This document shows positions 1 to 12,344 of a DNA stretch of 15,726 nucleotides, one piece after another. Origin of the DNA: Pseudomonadota bacterium (GTDB lineage: Bacteria > UBA10199 > 2-02-FULL-44-16 > JBDRGF01); NCBI GenBank assembly GCA_043818055.1, contig JBDRGF010000160.1:1-15726 (forward strand), in the 5' to 3' direction. The notes under the pieces were generated by a model. It saw only the letters and a program-made list of their open reading frames with translations, had not been told where the DNA came from and did no database searches. How positions within the stretch are numbered: position 1 is the stretch's first letter; each line of letters starts with the position of its first letter. Made by a program: the position numbers and the translations under genes.

Positions 1-139
1 AGTCCATCACCTGGGCCAAGCCCTTCGTTGCCAAATACTTTGTGATCGCGCTCGTCAACGTAGTCTTGCCATGATCCACGTGACCTATTGTGCCTACATT
101 TACGTGAGGTTTCTTTCGCTCAAATTTTTCCTTACCCAT
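1..139 (-). CDS. tuf: Elongation factor Tu, N-terminal fragment (truncated by window start)
   Basis: Manual translation from ATG at 139: [46 protein letters not shown], containing the G1 motif [10 protein letters not shown]-like AAGGGG at 148-153. Follows fusA. Not in the ORF track. Confidence 0.98.
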   Translation of the reverse strand, partial: MGKEKFERKKPHVNVGTIGHVDHGKTTLTSAITKYLATKGLAQVMD

Positions 140-161
140 AACTTTTTCCCCTTCTTAATTT

Positions 162-221
162 TCGTGAAATGTCGTTCGTGAAATCTCTTTCGCTTCACGC
201 TTCACGACCTACGTTTCACGG
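162..221. repeat. Inverted heptamer tandem array (TCGTGAA / TTCACGN) in the fusA-tuf spacer
   Basis: Left arm tcgtgaa-atgtcgt-tcgtgaa (162-182). Right arm ctttcgc-ttcacgc-ttcacga-cctacgt-ttcacgg (187-221). 162-182 matches the reverse complement of 201-221 at 17/21. Confidence 0.85.
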
Positions 222-224
222 CTT

Positions 225-2315
225 TTATACTCTCCCCTCCGCCTTTCCTAATATCTCCAGAGAGATATTCGCGGGAACTTTTTCATAATGTAAAAACTGC
301 ATCGTATAACTGGCTCTGCCTTGTGTCAAACTCCTCACATCAGTAGCATAGCCAAACATCTTAGACAACGGAACCTGCGCATCCACTACCTGTGATCCTG
401 CCCGGACTTCGCTTTTTACTATCCTACCCCTCCGGGAGGTTAAATCGCCTGTTACTGCACCCACATAATCATCCGGCACTACAACTTCGACAGACATTAT
501 CGGTTCGAGAAGTATGGGCTTTGCCTTTTTAACAACCTCTTTTAACGCCTGCGATGCACAGATCTTAAACGCCATGTCAGAGGAATCTACGTCGTGATAT
601 GAACCGTCCGTCAATGTGACCGTGACATCCACCACGGGATATCCCGCTAACGTACCAGTTTCAAGAGCTTCCGAAACTCCTTTGTTCACTGAAGGTATAT
701 ACTCCCTCGGAACCCTTCCTCCAACAACCTTATCAACGAACTGATAACCATCTCCCTTTTTAGAGGGCTCAATGCTTAAAACTACATGCGCGTATTGGCC
801 TCTTCCACCTGTCTGTTTTACATATTTCCAATTTATATCGGCCGGGGATGTTATAGTCTCTCTGTATGCAACCTGAGGTCTTCCTATATTCGCCCCTACT
901 CCAAACTCTCTCAACAATCTGTCTACGATAATTTCCAAATGCAATTCGCCCATTCCGGAAATCAATGTCTGACCGCTCTCTGAATCTACACTGACTTTAA
1001 ACGATGGATCTTCACGGGCCAGCTTTTGCAAAGAGAGTCCAAGTTTTTCTTCATCTGCTCGCGATTTGGGCTCTATTGCAATAGCTATGACCGGATCAGG
1101 AAAATCTATCTGTTCCAGAACAACTTCATTTGCTTCGTCACAAAGTGTATTGCCGGTCGTCGTGAATTTTAGTCCTACGAGTCCGATGATATCTCCGGCG
1201 CTTGCTTCATTCAGCTGTTCTCTGCGATTAGCGTGCATCCTAACTATCCTGCCAATTCGCTCCCTCTTCTTTTTTTGAGGATTGTAGATCGATGTTCCAC
1301 TTATGAGCTTACCGGAATAGATACGCACATATGTAAGCTGTCCCATGAAAGGATCTGACGCTATCTTAAAAGCCAAAGCAACAAGCGGTTCTTCAGAGGA
1401 AGCTTCAAATTGACGTGGTTTTTCGGTATTGGGATCTATCCCCTCGACAGGAGGTAAATCAATCGGGGATGGAAGATAATCTACGACCGCATCCAACAGT
1501 TGCTGCACTCCCTTATTTTTAAAGGCCGCACCACAAAAAACCGGCGTGATATGGGATTTCAGAGTTGCCGCCCTTGCAGCTTTCCTGAGCTCATCTTCGG
1601 TAAGAGTATGACTTTCCAGATACTTATGAAGAAGATCGTCATCCAACTCAACAACCGATTCGATGAGCTTTTCCCTGTATTTTTCTACATCAGCTTCCAT
1701 CTCCTGCGGAACCGGCTGCGATGCTAGTTTAGAACCACGACTCTCCTCATCATATACTATTAATTTTTTAGAGATTAAATCGACAACGCCTCTAAAATTA
1801 TCTTCGCTTCCATACGGCAGCTGGAAAGGAATTGCTCTCTCGCCCAACCTCTCTTCGATCATCTTCACTGCCCTGTAAAAATCGGCCCCTGTGCGATCCA
1901 TTTTGTTGATGAATGCCAATTTGGGAACTTTATAGCGATTAGCCTGACGCCAGACTGTTTCGGACTGAGGCTCCACACCGCCTACGGAACAAAAGACACC
2001 GACTACGCCGTCGAGCACCCGAAGAGATCTTTCAACTTCAATCGTAAAATCTACGTGTCCCGGGGTGTCTATGATGTTGATGAGATGATCGCGCCAAGTG
2101 CAGCGGGTAGCTGCGGAAGTTATTGTTATACCGCGCTCCTGCTCCTGCTCCATCCAATCCATGACGGCTGTGCCCTCATGAACCTCACCGATCTTGTATG
2201 TCATGCCGGTGTAAAAAAGAATCCGTTCTGTGACGGTAGTCTTTCCTGCATCAATATGAGCTATGATACCGATGTTGCGAGTATTTGATAATTTTTCATC
2301 ACGTTTTAATGTCAC
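225..2315 (-). CDS. fusA: Elongation factor G
   Basis: 696 aa, GTG start with AGGTG SD. Motifs [32 protein letters not shown] and YHDVDSS. Position in str operon. Confidence 0.99.
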   Translation of the reverse strand: MTLKRDEKLSNTRNIGIIAHIDAGKTTVTERILFYTGMTYKIGEVHEGTAVMDWMEQEQERGITITSAATRCTWRDHLINIIDTPGHVDFTIEVERSLRVLDGVVGVFCSVGGVEPQSETVWRQANRYKVPKLAFINKMDRTGADFYRAVKMIEERLGERAIPFQLPYGSEDNFRGVVDLISKKLIVYDEESRGSKLASQPVPQEMEADVEKYREKLIESVVELDDDLLHKYLESHTLTEDELRKAARAATLKSHITPVFCGAAFKNKGVQQLLDAVVDYLPSPIDLPPVEGIDPNTEKPRQFEASSEEPLVALAFKIASDPFMGQLTYVRIYSGKLISGTSIYNPQKKKRERIGRIVRMHANRREQLNEASAGDIIGLVGLKFTTTGNTLCDEANEVVLEQIDFPDPVIAIAIEPKSRADEEKLGLSLQKLAREDPSFKVSVDSESGQTLISGMGELHLEIIVDRLLREFGVGANIGRPQVAYRETITSPADINWKYVKQTGGRGQYAHVVLSIEPSKKGDGYQFVDKVVGGRVPREYIPSVNKGVSEALETGTLAGYPVVDVTVTLTDGSYHDVDSSDMAFKICASQALKEVVKKAKPILLEPIMSVEVVVPDDYVGAVTGDLTSRRGRIVKSEVRAGSQVVDAQVPLSKMFGYATDVRSLTQGRASYTMQFLHYEKVPANISLEILGKAEGRV

Positions 2316-2368
2316 TTTTTCACCTTTTCATCAATATGTAAGTTTTATCATTGTCAAAGAACAACACG

Positions 2369-2842
2369 CTAAAACTTATAATGTGCAAAAGCTTTATTAG
2401 CTTCTGCCATGCGATGTGTATCCTCACGTTTTTTTACAGCAGAACCCTGATTCTCAAGGGCTGCTAAAATTTCCGCTGCTAGTTTTTCCTTCATCGAGTG
2501 TTCTTTTCGCTCTCTGGAGGCGTCGATCAACCATCTCAAACCAAGAGTAACCCTGCGATCTGAACGAACTTCCTGAGGCACCTGGTAAGTAGCACCACCT
2601 ACCCTGCGGGAACGAACTTCAACAACAGGTTTAATATTTTCCAGAGCTTGTTTAAAAAGCTTGATCGGATCATCATTTTTCTTTTTCGCCAAAATTTCGA
2701 ATGCTCCGTAAGCACTCTTTTCAGAAGCATACTTCTTTCCACTCCACATCATGGTGTTGATAAATTTAGCAACCAGAAGATCACCATACTTTGGATCGGG
2801 AAGAATAACTCTTTTTAAACTACCTCTTTTTTTTCTCGGCAT
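2369..2842 (-). CDS. rpsG: 30S ribosomal protein S7
   Basis: 157 aa, with [15 protein letters not shown] and [13 protein letters not shown] motifs. Confidence 0.99.
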   Translation of the reverse strand: MPRKKRGSLKRVILPDPKYGDLLVAKFINTMMWSGKKYASEKSAYGAFEILAKKKNDDPIKLFKQALENIKPVVEVRSRRVGGATYQVPQEVRSDRRVTLGLRWLIDASRERKEHSMKEKLAAEILAALENQGSAVKKREDTHRMAEANKAFAHYKF

Positions 2843-2853
2843 ATTTCCCTCTA

Positions 2854-2888
2854 CGATAACCGATTATCGATAACCGATAACCGAATTA
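2854..2888. repeat. Heptamer tandem array (CGATAAC x5, degenerate) in the rpsL-rpsG spacer
   Basis: cgataac-cgattat-cgataac-cgataac-cgaatta. Contains the perfect palindrome TTATCGATAA at 2864-2873. Confidence 0.85.
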
Positions 2889-2889
2889 A

Positions 2890-3261
2890 TTATTTTGGTT
2901 TCTTCGCACCATATTTCGATCGGCTCTTTTTTCTTCCATCTACTCCGACTGAATCCAGAGCGCCACGAACCACGTGATACCTGACTCCCGGCAAATCTTT
3001 TACACGACCTCCGCGAACGAGAACGACAGAATGCTCCTGCAAGTTGTGTCCCTCTCCCGGAATATACGAAGTTACCTCAAAACCATTTGTGAGCCTAACC
3101 CTCGCAACTTTCCTCAAAGCCGAATTCGGCTTTTTTGGAGTCGTTGTGTAAACTCTCAAACAAACTCCGCGACGAAACGGACACGAAACAAGCGCCGGAG
3201 AATCTGTCTTGGTCTGAACTCTCTTTCTTCTCTTTCTAACCAGTTGATTTATAGTTGGCAT
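2890..3261 (-). CDS. rpsL: 30S ribosomal protein S12
   Basis: 123 aa, with [20 protein letters not shown] and [18 protein letters not shown] upstream. Confidence 0.99.
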   Translation of the reverse strand: MPTINQLVRKRRKRVQTKTDSPALVSCPFRRGVCLRVYTTTPKKPNSALRKVARVRLTNGFEVTSYIPGEGHNLQEHSVVLVRGGRVKDLPGVRYHVVRGALDSVGVDGRKKSRSKYGAKKPK

Positions 3262-3303
3262 AGCACTCCATTTCCGTCTTTATTCAGGCAACGATTGCCT
3301 ATC

Positions 3304-3344
3304 AAAAAAATCCTTCTAGTATCGGGGTCTCATGATACGAAGAA
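3304..3344 (-). terminator. Terminator/attenuator-like hairpin plus U7 in the rpsL leader
   Basis: Minus strand TTCTTC-GTATC-(ATGAGACCCC)-GATAC-TA-GAAGGA-TTTTTTT: an 11-bp stem with a 2-nt bulge, followed by 7 U. Confidence 0.5.
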
Positions 3345-3363
3345 CCTCAAAAAGGCTTCAAAT

Positions 3364-3400
3364 CGGCGCGAAACCTAACAAAAGGGCAACTTCAAGTCAA
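3364..3400 (-). promoter_or_regulatory. Sigma70-type promoter for the str operon
   Basis: Minus strand TTGACT (3400-3395), 17-bp spacer ending TGT (extended -10 TG), TAGGTT (3377-3372), then GC-rich discriminator TCGCGCC, typical of stringently controlled r-protein promoters. AT-rich upstream. Confidence 0.7.
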
Positions 3401-3454
3401 GAAATTTAGATCTTTTTAAGAGCTATATTTCTTAGCTAAAGTTTAATATCAAAA

Positions 3455-6400
3455 TCAGCCAACAACGCCTTGATTTTCAACCAAGTTATCGACTTTAACC
3501 TCGCGCTCAACGAAGGTTTCATTCTCCTGAACATCGATGCCAAGTTTTGCATATCTGCGCAGTCCCGTTCCCGCTGGGATTAACCTTCCCATGATCACGT
3601 TTTCTTTCAATCCGTTTAATTTATCGACCCTGCCTGCGATAGCTGCCTCGGTCAAGACCTTTGTTGTCTCCTGGAAGGATGCCGCAGAGATGAAGCTGTC
3701 GGTTGAAAGCGATGCCTTTGTGATACCGAGCAACATCGGTTCGCCTACCGCAGGTTTGTGTCCCTTAGCCCTCAGCGCTTCATTTGCTCTGTCGAATCCC
3801 CATTTCTCGACCCGCTCCTCTTCAAGCCAGGTAGAATCACCCGGATCAACAATTTTTACATGCTTTAACATCTGTCTCACTATCACTTCGATATGCTTAT
3901 CATTGATCGGAACTCCTTGTAGAAGGTAGACCTCCTGAATTTCGTCAACCAAATACCGGGCAAGCTCCTTTTCGCCTAGCACAGCAAGGATATCATGCGG
4001 ATTCACCGAGCCATCCATCAAAGGTTCTCCGGCTTTGGTATAATCTCCTTCGCGAACTGATATATGTTTTCCGCGGGGAATGAGGTATTCCCTGGGATCT
4101 CCGATATCCGGAGTTACGTGCAGAGCTCTCTTGCCCTTCACATCCTCTCCAAATGAAATCTTGCCGTCGATCTCAGTGATGACTGCACAATCCTTGGGTT
4201 TTCTAGCCTCAAAGAGTTCTGTGATTCGTGGAAGACCTCCGGTGATATCCTTTGTCTTTGTGGTCTCCCTCGGAATCTTACCGATGACATCTCCAGCCTT
4301 GACCTCGTCACCCTCTTGCACGAGGATGTTCGCACCCATCGGCATCAGATATCTTGCTTCTCCTCTTCCGGATGGAAGGGAAACAGTAGCTCCGCTCTGA
4401 TCTTTGATCGAAACCCGGGGCCTGCTATTTGGATCCTTCGATGGAGTTATCACTTTGTGAGAAACTCCCGTGATCTCATCGACCTGTTCCGTCATCGTTA
4501 TACCTTCGATGATATCACCAAACTTGATGATACCGCCGACCTCTGTGACGATCGGAACAGTGTAGGGATCCCATGAGGAGAGCGTTTGTCCGATTTTAAT
4601 CTTATCATTCTCCTTCACATTGAGAATCGCACCATATGTCAGCCTATATCTCTCGCGTTCTCTGCCGGCTTCATCGAAGATCATCACATCGCCATTTCTG
4701 TTCATGACGATAGAATTACCCTCTTTATTTACAATTGTCGCAACATTTTCAAATTTTATAATGCCATCTCTTCTCGCCTCTAAGCTCGATTGTTCGATAC
4801 TTCGGCTGGCAGTTCCACCGATGTGGAATGTTCTCATTGTCAACTGCGTTCCGGGCTCTCCGATCGACTGTGCGGCTATAACTCCTATCGCCTCTCCAAC
4901 ATTGACTATATGTCCACGAGCCAGATCACGGCCATAACATGCTTTGCACACGCCACGTTTAGTCCGACACGTAAGAACAGATCTCACCAATACCTTTTCG
5001 AGTCCTGAGTCTTCGACCCTGCGAACAAGCTCTTCATTTATCTCATTATTCCTTTCTACGATAATTTCATCTGTGTAAGGATCTCTGATATCTTCAAGAG
5101 CGACTCGTCCCAGAATTCTCTCACCTAAAGTCTGTATGACCTCTCCGCCTTCAACCAGGGCTGAAATCAGCATACCGTCAAGAGTGCCACAATCGTTTTC
5201 AACCACCGTGCAATCCTGCGCCACATCAACAAGACGACGTGTGAGATAACCGGAGTTTGCTGTCTTCAAAGCGGTATCAGCCAAACCTTTACGCGCACCG
5301 TGAGTCGATATGAAGTATTGCAAAACATTGAGGCCTTCACGGAAGTTGGCCGTCACTGGTGTTTCAATAATTTCACCGGATGGCTTCGCCATCAGTCCTC
5401 TCATTCCAGCCAGCTGCCTTACCTGCTGGGCGCTTCCCCTGGCTCCGGAATCAGTCATGATGAAGAGAGGGTTGAAACTCAGCTGCTCGTACTTCTTGCC
5501 GTTTTTGTCCAGGATCTCCTCTCTTTCAAGTTGTTTCATCATTGTATTAGCAACCTTCTCGGTCGCATCCGCCCACACATCGACAACCTTGTTGTACTTT
5601 TCGCCTGCTGTGATGAGACCCTTCGCATATTGTTCCTCGACCTCACGTACATCTTCGAATGCGGTATCCAAAAGTTTCTTCTTGTCTTTAGGAATTTTCA
5701 TATCATCGATGCTGATGGATATTCCGGAAACTGTTGCGTACTGGAATCCCAAAGTCCTCAGATTGTCACACAGAAGAACTGTCTCTTTATCCCTGCAGAG
5801 CCGGTAGCATTGATCGATGAGCGCGGCTACCGCTTTCTTATTGATAACCTTGTTAACATATGAGAATGGAATTTCTTTTGGAACAACTTCGTAGATCATC
5901 ACTCGACCGACCGTTGTTTCCACAAGCTCATTTCCAAGTTTGATCTTTATGCGCGCCTGCAGATCTACAGCTTCCGCACCATGGGCTGTGATAACTTCTT
6001 CAATATTGGCGAAGATCATACCTTCACCCTTTGCGAAAAGACGCTCTCTTGTCATGTAATATAATCCCAAAATCATATCCTGAGTAGGAACGATGATCGG
6101 CTTTCCATTCGCTGGAGAGAGAATATTATTAGTGGATAATAAAAGAACACGCGCCTCGATCTGCGCCTCTACTGACAATGGAACGTGTACGGCCATCTGA
6201 TCGCCGTCAAAATCGGCGTTGAACGCAGTACACACAAGAGGATGCAACTGAATCGCTTTGCCATCTGTAAGAATGGGTTCAAAGGCCTGAATACCGAGTC
6301 TGTGAAGCGTCGGAGCACGATTCAATAATACCGGATGCTCTTTGATGACTTCATCCAACGCATCCCATACCTCGGATGTCTGCTTCTCGACCAACCTCTT

Positions 6401-7588
6401 TGCGGTTTTAATTGTATTAGCCAATCCCTTCTCCTCAAGTTTGCAGTAGATGAAGGGTTTGAAGAGCTCTAAAGCCATGAGTTTTGGCAAACCGCACTGA
6501 TGCAGTTTTAAATCGGCGCCGACGACGATGACTGAACGACCGGAATAATCAACACGTTTACCCAAAAGGTTCTGACGGAAACGACCCTGTTTTCCCTTGA
6601 GCATATCAGAGAGTGAACGAAGAGGCCTGCGATTCGGGCCGACAAATGGACGACCCCGTCTGCCGTTATCAAAAAGAGCATCGACAGATTCTTGCAACAT
6701 CCTCTTCTCATTCCGGATGATAATATCAGGAGCATTCAGTTCCATAAGTCGTTTAAGCCTGTTGTTGCGATTGATGACCCTTCTGTAAAGATCGTTCAAA
6801 TCGGATGTGGCAAATCTTCCACCATCAAGAGGAACAAGCGGACGAAGATCAGGGGGTAACACCGGAACGACTTCAAGAATCATCCAGTGAGCCTCGTTTC
6901 CCGCCGCTGTTATCTGCTCAACCAGTTTCAATCTTTTCGAAAGTTTTTTGCGCGTAGCTACAGATTTTGTCTTTTTGAGCTGGGAGTGGAGATTTTTTGA
7001 AAGTTCTTCCATATCCATCTTAGCAAGAACATCGCGTATCACTTCCCCGCCCATTCCTACTCTGAATGCAGGACCAAATTCCTCAAGAGCTTTTTGATAT
7101 AGATCCTCACTCAAGATCTCTCCCTCAGCCAGTGTGGTGTTGCCGGGATCGACAACCATATATGCTTCACAGTAGAGGACTCTCTCGAGATCCCGAAGAG
7201 GTATGTCGAGCATCGTGCCTATCCTGGATGGTAAGCTCTTCAGAAACCAGATGTGCGCAACAGGCGTCGCCAAATTGATGTGTCCCATGCGCTCACGTCT
7301 CACCTTACTCTGAATCACTTCGACACCGCACTTCTCGCAAACGATACCACGATGCTTCATTCTTTTATATTTGCCGCAGTTACATTCATAATCCTTGACC
7401 GGACCAAATATCTTCGCACAGAAGAGTCCGTCCCGCTCAGGTTTGAATGTCCTGTAGTTGATCGTCTCCGGCTTTTTTACCTCGCCGTAAGACCATTGTC
7501 TGATCTTTTCAGGGCTGGCAAGTTTGATCTTGATCCCCTCGAATGATAGCGGATTTTTCGGTTTCTCAAAAAAATGATAAACATCCAT
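3455..7588 (-). CDS. rpoC: DNA-directed RNA polymerase subunit beta'
   Basis: 1377 aa. Zn finger CNCGKYK...CEKC, catalytic [39 protein letters not shown]. Confidence 0.99.
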   Translation of the reverse strand: MDVYHFFEKPKNPLSFEGIKIKLASPEKIRQWSYGEVKKPETINYRTFKPERDGLFCAKIFGPVKDYECNCGKYKRMKHRGIVCEKCGVEVIQSKVRRERMGHINLATPVAHIWFLKSLPSRIGTMLDIPLRDLERVLYCEAYMVVDPGNTTLAEGEILSEDLYQKALEEFGPAFRVGMGGEVIRDVLAKMDMEELSKNLHSQLKKTKSVATRKKLSKRLKLVEQITAAGNEAHWMILEVVPVLPPDLRPLVPLDGGRFATSDLNDLYRRVINRNNRLKRLMELNAPDIIIRNEKRMLQESVDALFDNGRRGRPFVGPNRRPLRSLSDMLKGKQGRFRQNLLGKRVDYSGRSVIVVGADLKLHQCGLPKLMALELFKPFIYCKLEEKGLANTIKTAKRLVEKQTSEVWDALDEVIKEHPVLLNRAPTLHRLGIQAFEPILTDGKAIQLHPLVCTAFNADFDGDQMAVHVPLSVEAQIEARVLLLSTNNILSPANGKPIIVPTQDMILGLYYMTRERLFAKGEGMIFANIEEVITAHGAEAVDLQARIKIKLGNELVETTVGRVMIYEVVPKEIPFSYVNKVINKKAVAALIDQCYRLCRDKETVLLCDNLRTLGFQYATVSGISISIDDMKIPKDKKKLLDTAFEDVREVEEQYAKGLITAGEKYNKVVDVWADATEKVANTMMKQLEREEILDKNGKKYEQLSFNPLFIMTDSGARGSAQQVRQLAGMRGLMAKPSGEIIETPVTANFREGLNVLQYFISTHGARKGLADTALKTANSGYLTRRLVDVAQDCTVVENDCGTLDGMLISALVEGGEVIQTLGERILGRVALEDIRDPYTDEIIVERNNEINEELVRRVEDSGLEKVLVRSVLTCRTKRGVCKACYGRDLARGHIVNVGEAIGVIAAQSIGEPGTQLTMRTFHIGGTASRSIEQSSLEARRDGIIKFENVATIVNKEGNSIVMNRNGDVMIFDEAGRERERYRLTYGAILNVKENDKIKIGQTLSSWDPYTVPIVTEVGGIIKFGDIIEGITMTEQVDEITGVSHKVITPSKDPNSRPRVSIKDQSGATVSLPSGRGEARYLMPMGANILVQEGDEVKAGDVIGKIPRETTKTKDITGGLPRITELFEARKPKDCAVITEIDGKISFGEDVKGKRALHVTPDIGDPREYLIPRGKHISVREGDYTKAGEPLMDGSVNPHDILAVLGEKELARYLVDEIQEVYLLQGVPINDKHIEVIVRQMLKHVKIVDPGDSTWLEEERVEKWGFDRANEALRAKGHKPAVGEPMLLGITKASLSTDSFISAASFQETTKVLTEAAIAGRVDKLNGLKENVIMGRLIPAGTGLRRYAKLGIDVQENETFVEREVKVDNLVENQGVVG

Positions 7589-7606
7589 AGAATTATCCTC
7601 TCTATT

Positions 7607-10600
7607 TTATTCTTTACTCTCGATCAACTCTATATCGAGCGCCAATGCCTGAAGCTCCTTGATGAGCACATTAAATGATTCCGGCATTCCGGGCTCCAGC
7701 ACCTTTTCACCCTTGACTATCGCCTCATACATTCTCGTCCTCCCAACGACGTCATCGGATTTGACTGTAAGGAATTCCTGTAGCGCATAAGCGGCTCCAT
7801 ATCCTTCCATAGCCCAAACTTCCATTTCACCGAGTCTCTGACCTCCAAATTGCGCTTTTCCTCCCAGCGGCTGCTGTGTGACCAGAGAGTATGGACCGAT
7901 TGAACGAGCATGTATCTTCTCATCAACAAGATGATGCAACTTCATCACATACATCATGCCTACAGTGACTGGATCATGAAAGGCATCTCCTGTTTTGCCA
8001 TCGAAGAGTATCGTCTTTCCATCAACAGACAAACCCGCTTCTTGCAGCATCTCACTCACTTCAGCTTCAGTTGCTCCATCGAATACTGGTGTCTTGACTG
8101 AAACTCCCTTCTTCACAGTGGATGCAAGCTCGATGATCTCACGCTCTGAGGCTTGATCCAGCCATTCTTTCATGGATGAAGAATTATAAACCCTCTTGAG
8201 CTCCTTTTTCAGCTGCTCCTTTGAATAATTTTCATCGACATATCTCTGAATCTGCTCACCTAACTCCCTCGCAGCCCATCCGAGATGAGTCTCAAAAATC
8301 TGTCCCACGTTCATACGGGATGGCACACCGAGCGGATTCAACACAACATCGACCGGCCTGCCGTCTGGCATATAAGGCATATCCTCTTCAGGTAAAATTC
8401 TTGAGATGACGCCCTTGTTTCCATGTCGTCCGGCCATCTTATCGCCGACGGAGAGTCTTCTCTTTATCGCTATAAAAACTTTCACTATTTTGATCACTCC
8501 AGGGGGCAGTTCATCACCCTTGGAGAGGCGGCCGATCCGCTGATCATACATCATTCTGACCATCTCCCTCTGTTCTTCAATCGTCTCGAAGATATCGGAG
8601 AGCTCTGCATCCAGGTCCTCGCCTCCATCTGTGGAGATCTCAGCCCATTTTTCAAAGGGGACCTTTTTGAGAGCCTCTTCCGTGATCTTCTTTCCCTTTG
8701 CTAAAAGTGTCAGGCCTTCGTCATCTGCGACCTTAGATGTAGAGGTTTTACCTACCAATATTGCTTTAGCGCGCTTCTGCGCGGTTGCTATCACACCCTT
8801 TAACTCAGCATCCATATCCTGTGAAAGCTTCGAAGTCTGATCATCCTGAATCTCCTTCGCGCGATCATCAGGCTCGACTCCCTCCCTTGAAAAGACCTGC
8901 GCATCGATGATAACCCCTTCGACACCCGGCGGCACTCTCAAGCTCGTATCCTTCACGTCTCCGGCTTTGTCGCCGAAGATCGCTCTCAGTAGACGTTCTT
9001 CAGGAGATAGCTGAGTTTCACCTTTGGGAGTTACCTTTCCAACCAGAATGTCGCCCGGCTTCACTTCAGCGCCAATCCTTATTATACCTGACTCGTCAAG
9101 ATCTTTAAGAGGTTCTTCACCGACGTTGGGAATATCCATCGTGATCTCTTCTTTGCCAAGTTTGGTATCCCGGGAGGTACATTCGAACTCCTCAATGTGA
9201 ATCGAAGTAAAGTTGTCATCCTTGAGCAGCCTCTCGCTCATAACGATGGCATCTTCAAAATTATATCCGCCCCATGGAACGAACGCGACTAACACATTGC
9301 TTCCCAAAGCGAGCTCGCCCTGGTCGGTCGACGGTCCATCGGCAATAACATCGCCAGTTAAAACTTTATCACCGATCTTCACAATCGGCTTTTGATTTAC
9401 GCATGTGCTCTGATTTGATCTTCTGAATTTAATGAGATTGTAGATGTCGACATCTGATGGATATTTCTTTTTATCGCTCTTCAATGCCTTGACCAATATC
9501 CTCGTCGCATCCACTTCGATGACAATTCCATCCCTCTTCGCCAGAACAGTAACTCCGGAGTCTTTCGCTATAACCTTCTCAACCCCTGTGCCAACCAAAG
9601 GAGCGTCCGTCCTTAGCAGTGGGACTGCCTGCCTTTGCATATTCGAACCCATGAGAGCTCTGTTAGCATCATCATGCTCCAAAAATGGCACCAGTGCTGC
9701 TGAAATCGAAACAAGCTGCTGAGGGCTGACATCCATCAACTCGACATTCACAGCCCCAGTCAACACGAACTCGCCATGCTTTCTGCACTGAACCAGGTCG
9801 AGCTGAAACTTGTTGTTCTTGTCTAGTGGCGCGTTTGCCTGCGCTATCGAAAGATCGCCTTCATCCAGAGCAGAACAAAATTTTACGCTATCTGAAACCC
9901 TGCCACCCTTTACCTCCCGATATGGAGTCTCAATAAACCCGAATTCATTGACCCTTGCGTATATGGACAGAGACGCGATGAGTCCGATATTCGGACCTTC
10001 AGGAGTTTCAATCGGGCATATTCTTCCGTAGTGCGTTGGATGAACGTCTCTCACTTCAAACCCGGCTCTCTCTCTTGTCAATCCACCGGGTCCAAGGGCT
10101 GAAAGTCTTCTCTTATGAGTGATTTCAGAAAGAGGATTTGTCTGATCCATGAACTGTGATAGCTGGCTCGAACCGAAGAACTCCTTGATCACGGCGCTGA
10201 CCGGCTTTGGATTCACAAGGTCATGAGGCATCAGGGTATCAACATCCTGCAAACTCATCCTCTCTTTTATAGCTCTCTCCATCCGGACAAGACCTACGCG
10301 ATACTGATTCTCCAGCAGCTCTCCTACTGAGCGAATTCTTCGATTTCCTAAATGATCGATATCGTCTATCTCACCCTCTCCATCTTTGAGCCTCATGAGA
10401 TAGCTGGCTGTCGCAACTATATCTTCCTTCCTGAGTGTACCCACTTCCAACGGAATATTCTCATTATATTTGTAATTGAATTTCAATCTACCCACGCGTG
10501 AAAGATCGTACCTCTCAGGATTAAAAAATAAATTTTCAAAGAGGAGATCGCTAGCCTCCTGCGTAGAAGGATCTCCTGGACGCAATCTCTTATAGATTTC

Positions 10601-11713
10601 AACCCTAGCCTCCTCCGGCGTAGTCACCTTATCGGCATTCAGGGTATTGAGAAGATATGGGCCACAGTTAAGAGTGTCGGTATAGATGAGCGGAACCTCT
10701 TCTATTTTATCCTCAACTATCTTATTCCAAATAGTCTCAGTCAGAACTTCTCCGGCTCCCAGCAAGACCTCTCCGCTGGATTTGTTTACAATATCGGTCG
10801 CAGCACAACGTCCGATGATATCCTCAAGCACAACAGGGATCTCGATCTTTTTGGAGATTAATTTTTTGACAATCTCAGGAGTAAACCTTCTGCCTTCTTT
10901 TACCAGAATTTCGTCCTTATTCTTTGGGTCTTTGATATCCTTCACAGCCCGCTGATATTTCAAAACTTCACCAACGACATTCTTGGCAATTTTACCTCTT
11001 GGTTGAGGATAGATAATCTCAGTATGATAGTACATCTTCAATAATTCTTCCGCGCTATATCCAAGAGCTCTGAGCAAAATTGTAGCCGGCATCTTACGCC
11101 TTCTGTCTATCCTTAGAAATAGGATATCCTTGGCGTCGAATTCAAAGTCAAGCCATGCACCGCGGTAAGGGATGACACGACAGGAATATAGCAGTTTTCC
11201 AGAAGAATGGGTCTTGCCGCTGTCATGTTCAAAGAAAACGCCGGGACTCCTGTGAAGCTGTGAAACCACAACCCTCTCAGTTCCATTGACGATAAAACTT
11301 CCATACTCAGTCATCAGAGGGACCTCACCGAAAAAGACTTCCTGTTCCTTCACATCCCTGATCGACTGAGCTCCCGTAGTTTCGTCTATATCCCATACGA
11401 CGAGCCTCACCAGCACACGCATAGGTGCTGAATAAGTCATTCTGCGTTTTAAGCATTCATCGACATCATATTTGGGCTCATCGAGCTGATAGCTGACGAA
11501 TTCGAGAGAGGCTGTCTGATTAAAACCCTTTATAGGAAAAACGCTCTTGAAAACTCCCTGTAAACCGGTATCTTCGCGCTGATCTGCCGAAACACCGGAT
11601 TGTAGGAATTTCTCAAACGAAGATTTTTGCACCTCGAGCAAGGATGGAAAATCGACTGTTTTCATGATCTTGGAAAAATCCTTGCGGATACGACGTACAG
11701 GAACGGTTGCCAT
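7607..11713 (-). CDS. rpoB: DNA-directed RNA polymerase subunit beta
   Basis: 1368 aa. Rif cluster [29 protein letters not shown], plus [12 protein letters not shown] and [20 protein letters not shown]. Confidence 0.99.
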   Translation of the reverse strand: MATVPVRRIRKDFSKIMKTVDFPSLLEVQKSSFEKFLQSGVSADQREDTGLQGVFKSVFPIKGFNQTASLEFVSYQLDEPKYDVDECLKRRMTYSAPMRVLVRLVVWDIDETTGAQSIRDVKEQEVFFGEVPLMTEYGSFIVNGTERVVVSQLHRSPGVFFEHDSGKTHSSGKLLYSCRVIPYRGAWLDFEFDAKDILFLRIDRRRKMPATILLRALGYSAEELLKMYYHTEIIYPQPRGKIAKNVVGEVLKYQRAVKDIKDPKNKDEILVKEGRRFTPEIVKKLISKKIEIPVVLEDIIGRCAATDIVNKSSGEVLLGAGEVLTETIWNKIVEDKIEEVPLIYTDTLNCGPYLLNTLNADKVTTPEEARVEIYKRLRPGDPSTQEASDLLFENLFFNPERYDLSRVGRLKFNYKYNENIPLEVGTLRKEDIVATASYLMRLKDGEGEIDDIDHLGNRRIRSVGELLENQYRVGLVRMERAIKERMSLQDVDTLMPHDLVNPKPVSAVIKEFFGSSQLSQFMDQTNPLSEITHKRRLSALGPGGLTRERAGFEVRDVHPTHYGRICPIETPEGPNIGLIASLSIYARVNEFGFIETPYREVKGGRVSDSVKFCSALDEGDLSIAQANAPLDKNNKFQLDLVQCRKHGEFVLTGAVNVELMDVSPQQLVSISAALVPFLEHDDANRALMGSNMQRQAVPLLRTDAPLVGTGVEKVIAKDSGVTVLAKRDGIVIEVDATRILVKALKSDKKKYPSDVDIYNLIKFRRSNQSTCVNQKPIVKIGDKVLTGDVIADGPSTDQGELALGSNVLVAFVPWGGYNFEDAIVMSERLLKDDNFTSIHIEEFECTSRDTKLGKEEITMDIPNVGEEPLKDLDESGIIRIGAEVKPGDILVGKVTPKGETQLSPEERLLRAIFGDKAGDVKDTSLRVPPGVEGVIIDAQVFSREGVEPDDRAKEIQDDQTSKLSQDMDAELKGVIATAQKRAKAILVGKTSTSKVADDEGLTLLAKGKKITEEALKKVPFEKWAEISTDGGEDLDAELSDIFETIEEQREMVRMMYDQRIGRLSKGDELPPGVIKIVKVFIAIKRRLSVGDKMAGRHGNKGVISRILPEEDMPYMPDGRPVDVVLNPLGVPSRMNVGQIFETHLGWAARELGEQIQRYVDENYSKEQLKKELKRVYNSSSMKEWLDQASEREIIELASTVKKGVSVKTPVFDGATEAEVSEMLQEAGLSVDGKTILFDGKTGDAFHDPVTVGMMYVMKLHHLVDEKIHARSIGPYSLVTQQPLGGKAQFGGQRLGEMEVWAMEGYGAAYALQEFLTVKSDDVVGRTRMYEAIVKGEKVLEPGMPESFNVLIKELQALALDIELIESKE

Positions 11714-11783
11714 AATGACTCCTTTTTATTGCCTCATCATTCAATTCAAACCGATACTTAAAAGAGAAAGTATCATTAAAGCA

Positions 11784-11814
11784 CACCCCCGCCCTTGATT
11801 AAAGGGCAGGGATG
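11784..11814 (-). promoter_or_regulatory. GC-rich hairpin in the rplL-rpoB spacer (possible attenuator or processing stem)
   Basis: Minus strand CATCCCTGCCCTT-TAATC-AAGGGCGGGGGTG: 13 bp including 2 G-U pairs, followed only by TGCTTT. A second hairpin GATACTT/AAGTATC lies at 11753-11774. Confidence 0.5.
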
Positions 11815-11966
11815 ATGACATTTAATAATATTTTATTAATCACGTATTAGCACTGCATCCATTAAATTCTTCTCTGACGGGTCAGCTTAAATAATCGTAA
11901 CAATTCAACCTTTATTCTAAACAACAAGTACTGATTAAATTGACGAAGCATCAGCTTAAACCGCTT

Positions 11967-12344
11967 TTATTTAATTTCTACTTTTGCACCAACCTCTTCT
12001 AATTTCTTCTTGACCGTTTCGGCTTCCTCTTTGGACACACCCTCTTTTACATTCTTCGGTGCGCCTTCGACCAGATCCTTGGCTTCCTTAAGCCCTAAAC
12101 CTGTTAAAGCCCTGACCTCTTTGATGACGTTGATCTTTTTATCACCAACGCTGGCCAAAACGACAGTGAACTCGGTCTTTTCTTCTGCAGCTTCAGCAGC
12201 ACCCGCACCTGCTGCAACAACTGCAACCGGAGCAGCAGCTGAAACGCCGAAAGTCTCTTCGAGTTCCTTAACAAGTTCTGCCACTTCCATCAGGCTCATG
12301 CCTTTCAGAGCTTCTACGATCTCTGTTTTTCCTACTGTTGCCAT
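11967..12344 (-). CDS. rplL: 50S ribosomal protein L7/L12
   Basis: Start moved to ATG 12344 ([10 protein letters not shown]..., 125 aa), which follows a perfect AAGGAGG SD. Motifs [36 protein letters not shown]. Confidence 0.98.
   Translation of the reverse strand: MATVGKTEIVEALKGMSLMEVAELVKELEETFGVSAAAPVAVVAAGAGAAEAAEEKTEFTVVLASVGDKKINVIKEVRALTGLGLKEAKDLVEGAPKNVKEGVSKEEAETVKKKLEEVGAKVEIK

Noticed and set aside
2325..2360. TTGACA in the rpsG-fusA spacer as an internal fusA promoter
   Set aside because: No credible -10 hexamer at the correct spacing.
2890..11713. Resistance alleles, inteins or frameshifts in rpsL, rpoB and rpoC
   Set aside because: S12 TPKK and RVKD lysines and the RpoB rif cluster (Q, D, H, S positions) are canonical. 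The ORFs are uninterrupted and of normal length. The S12 CPFRR variant (usually CPQRR) is likely lineage variation.
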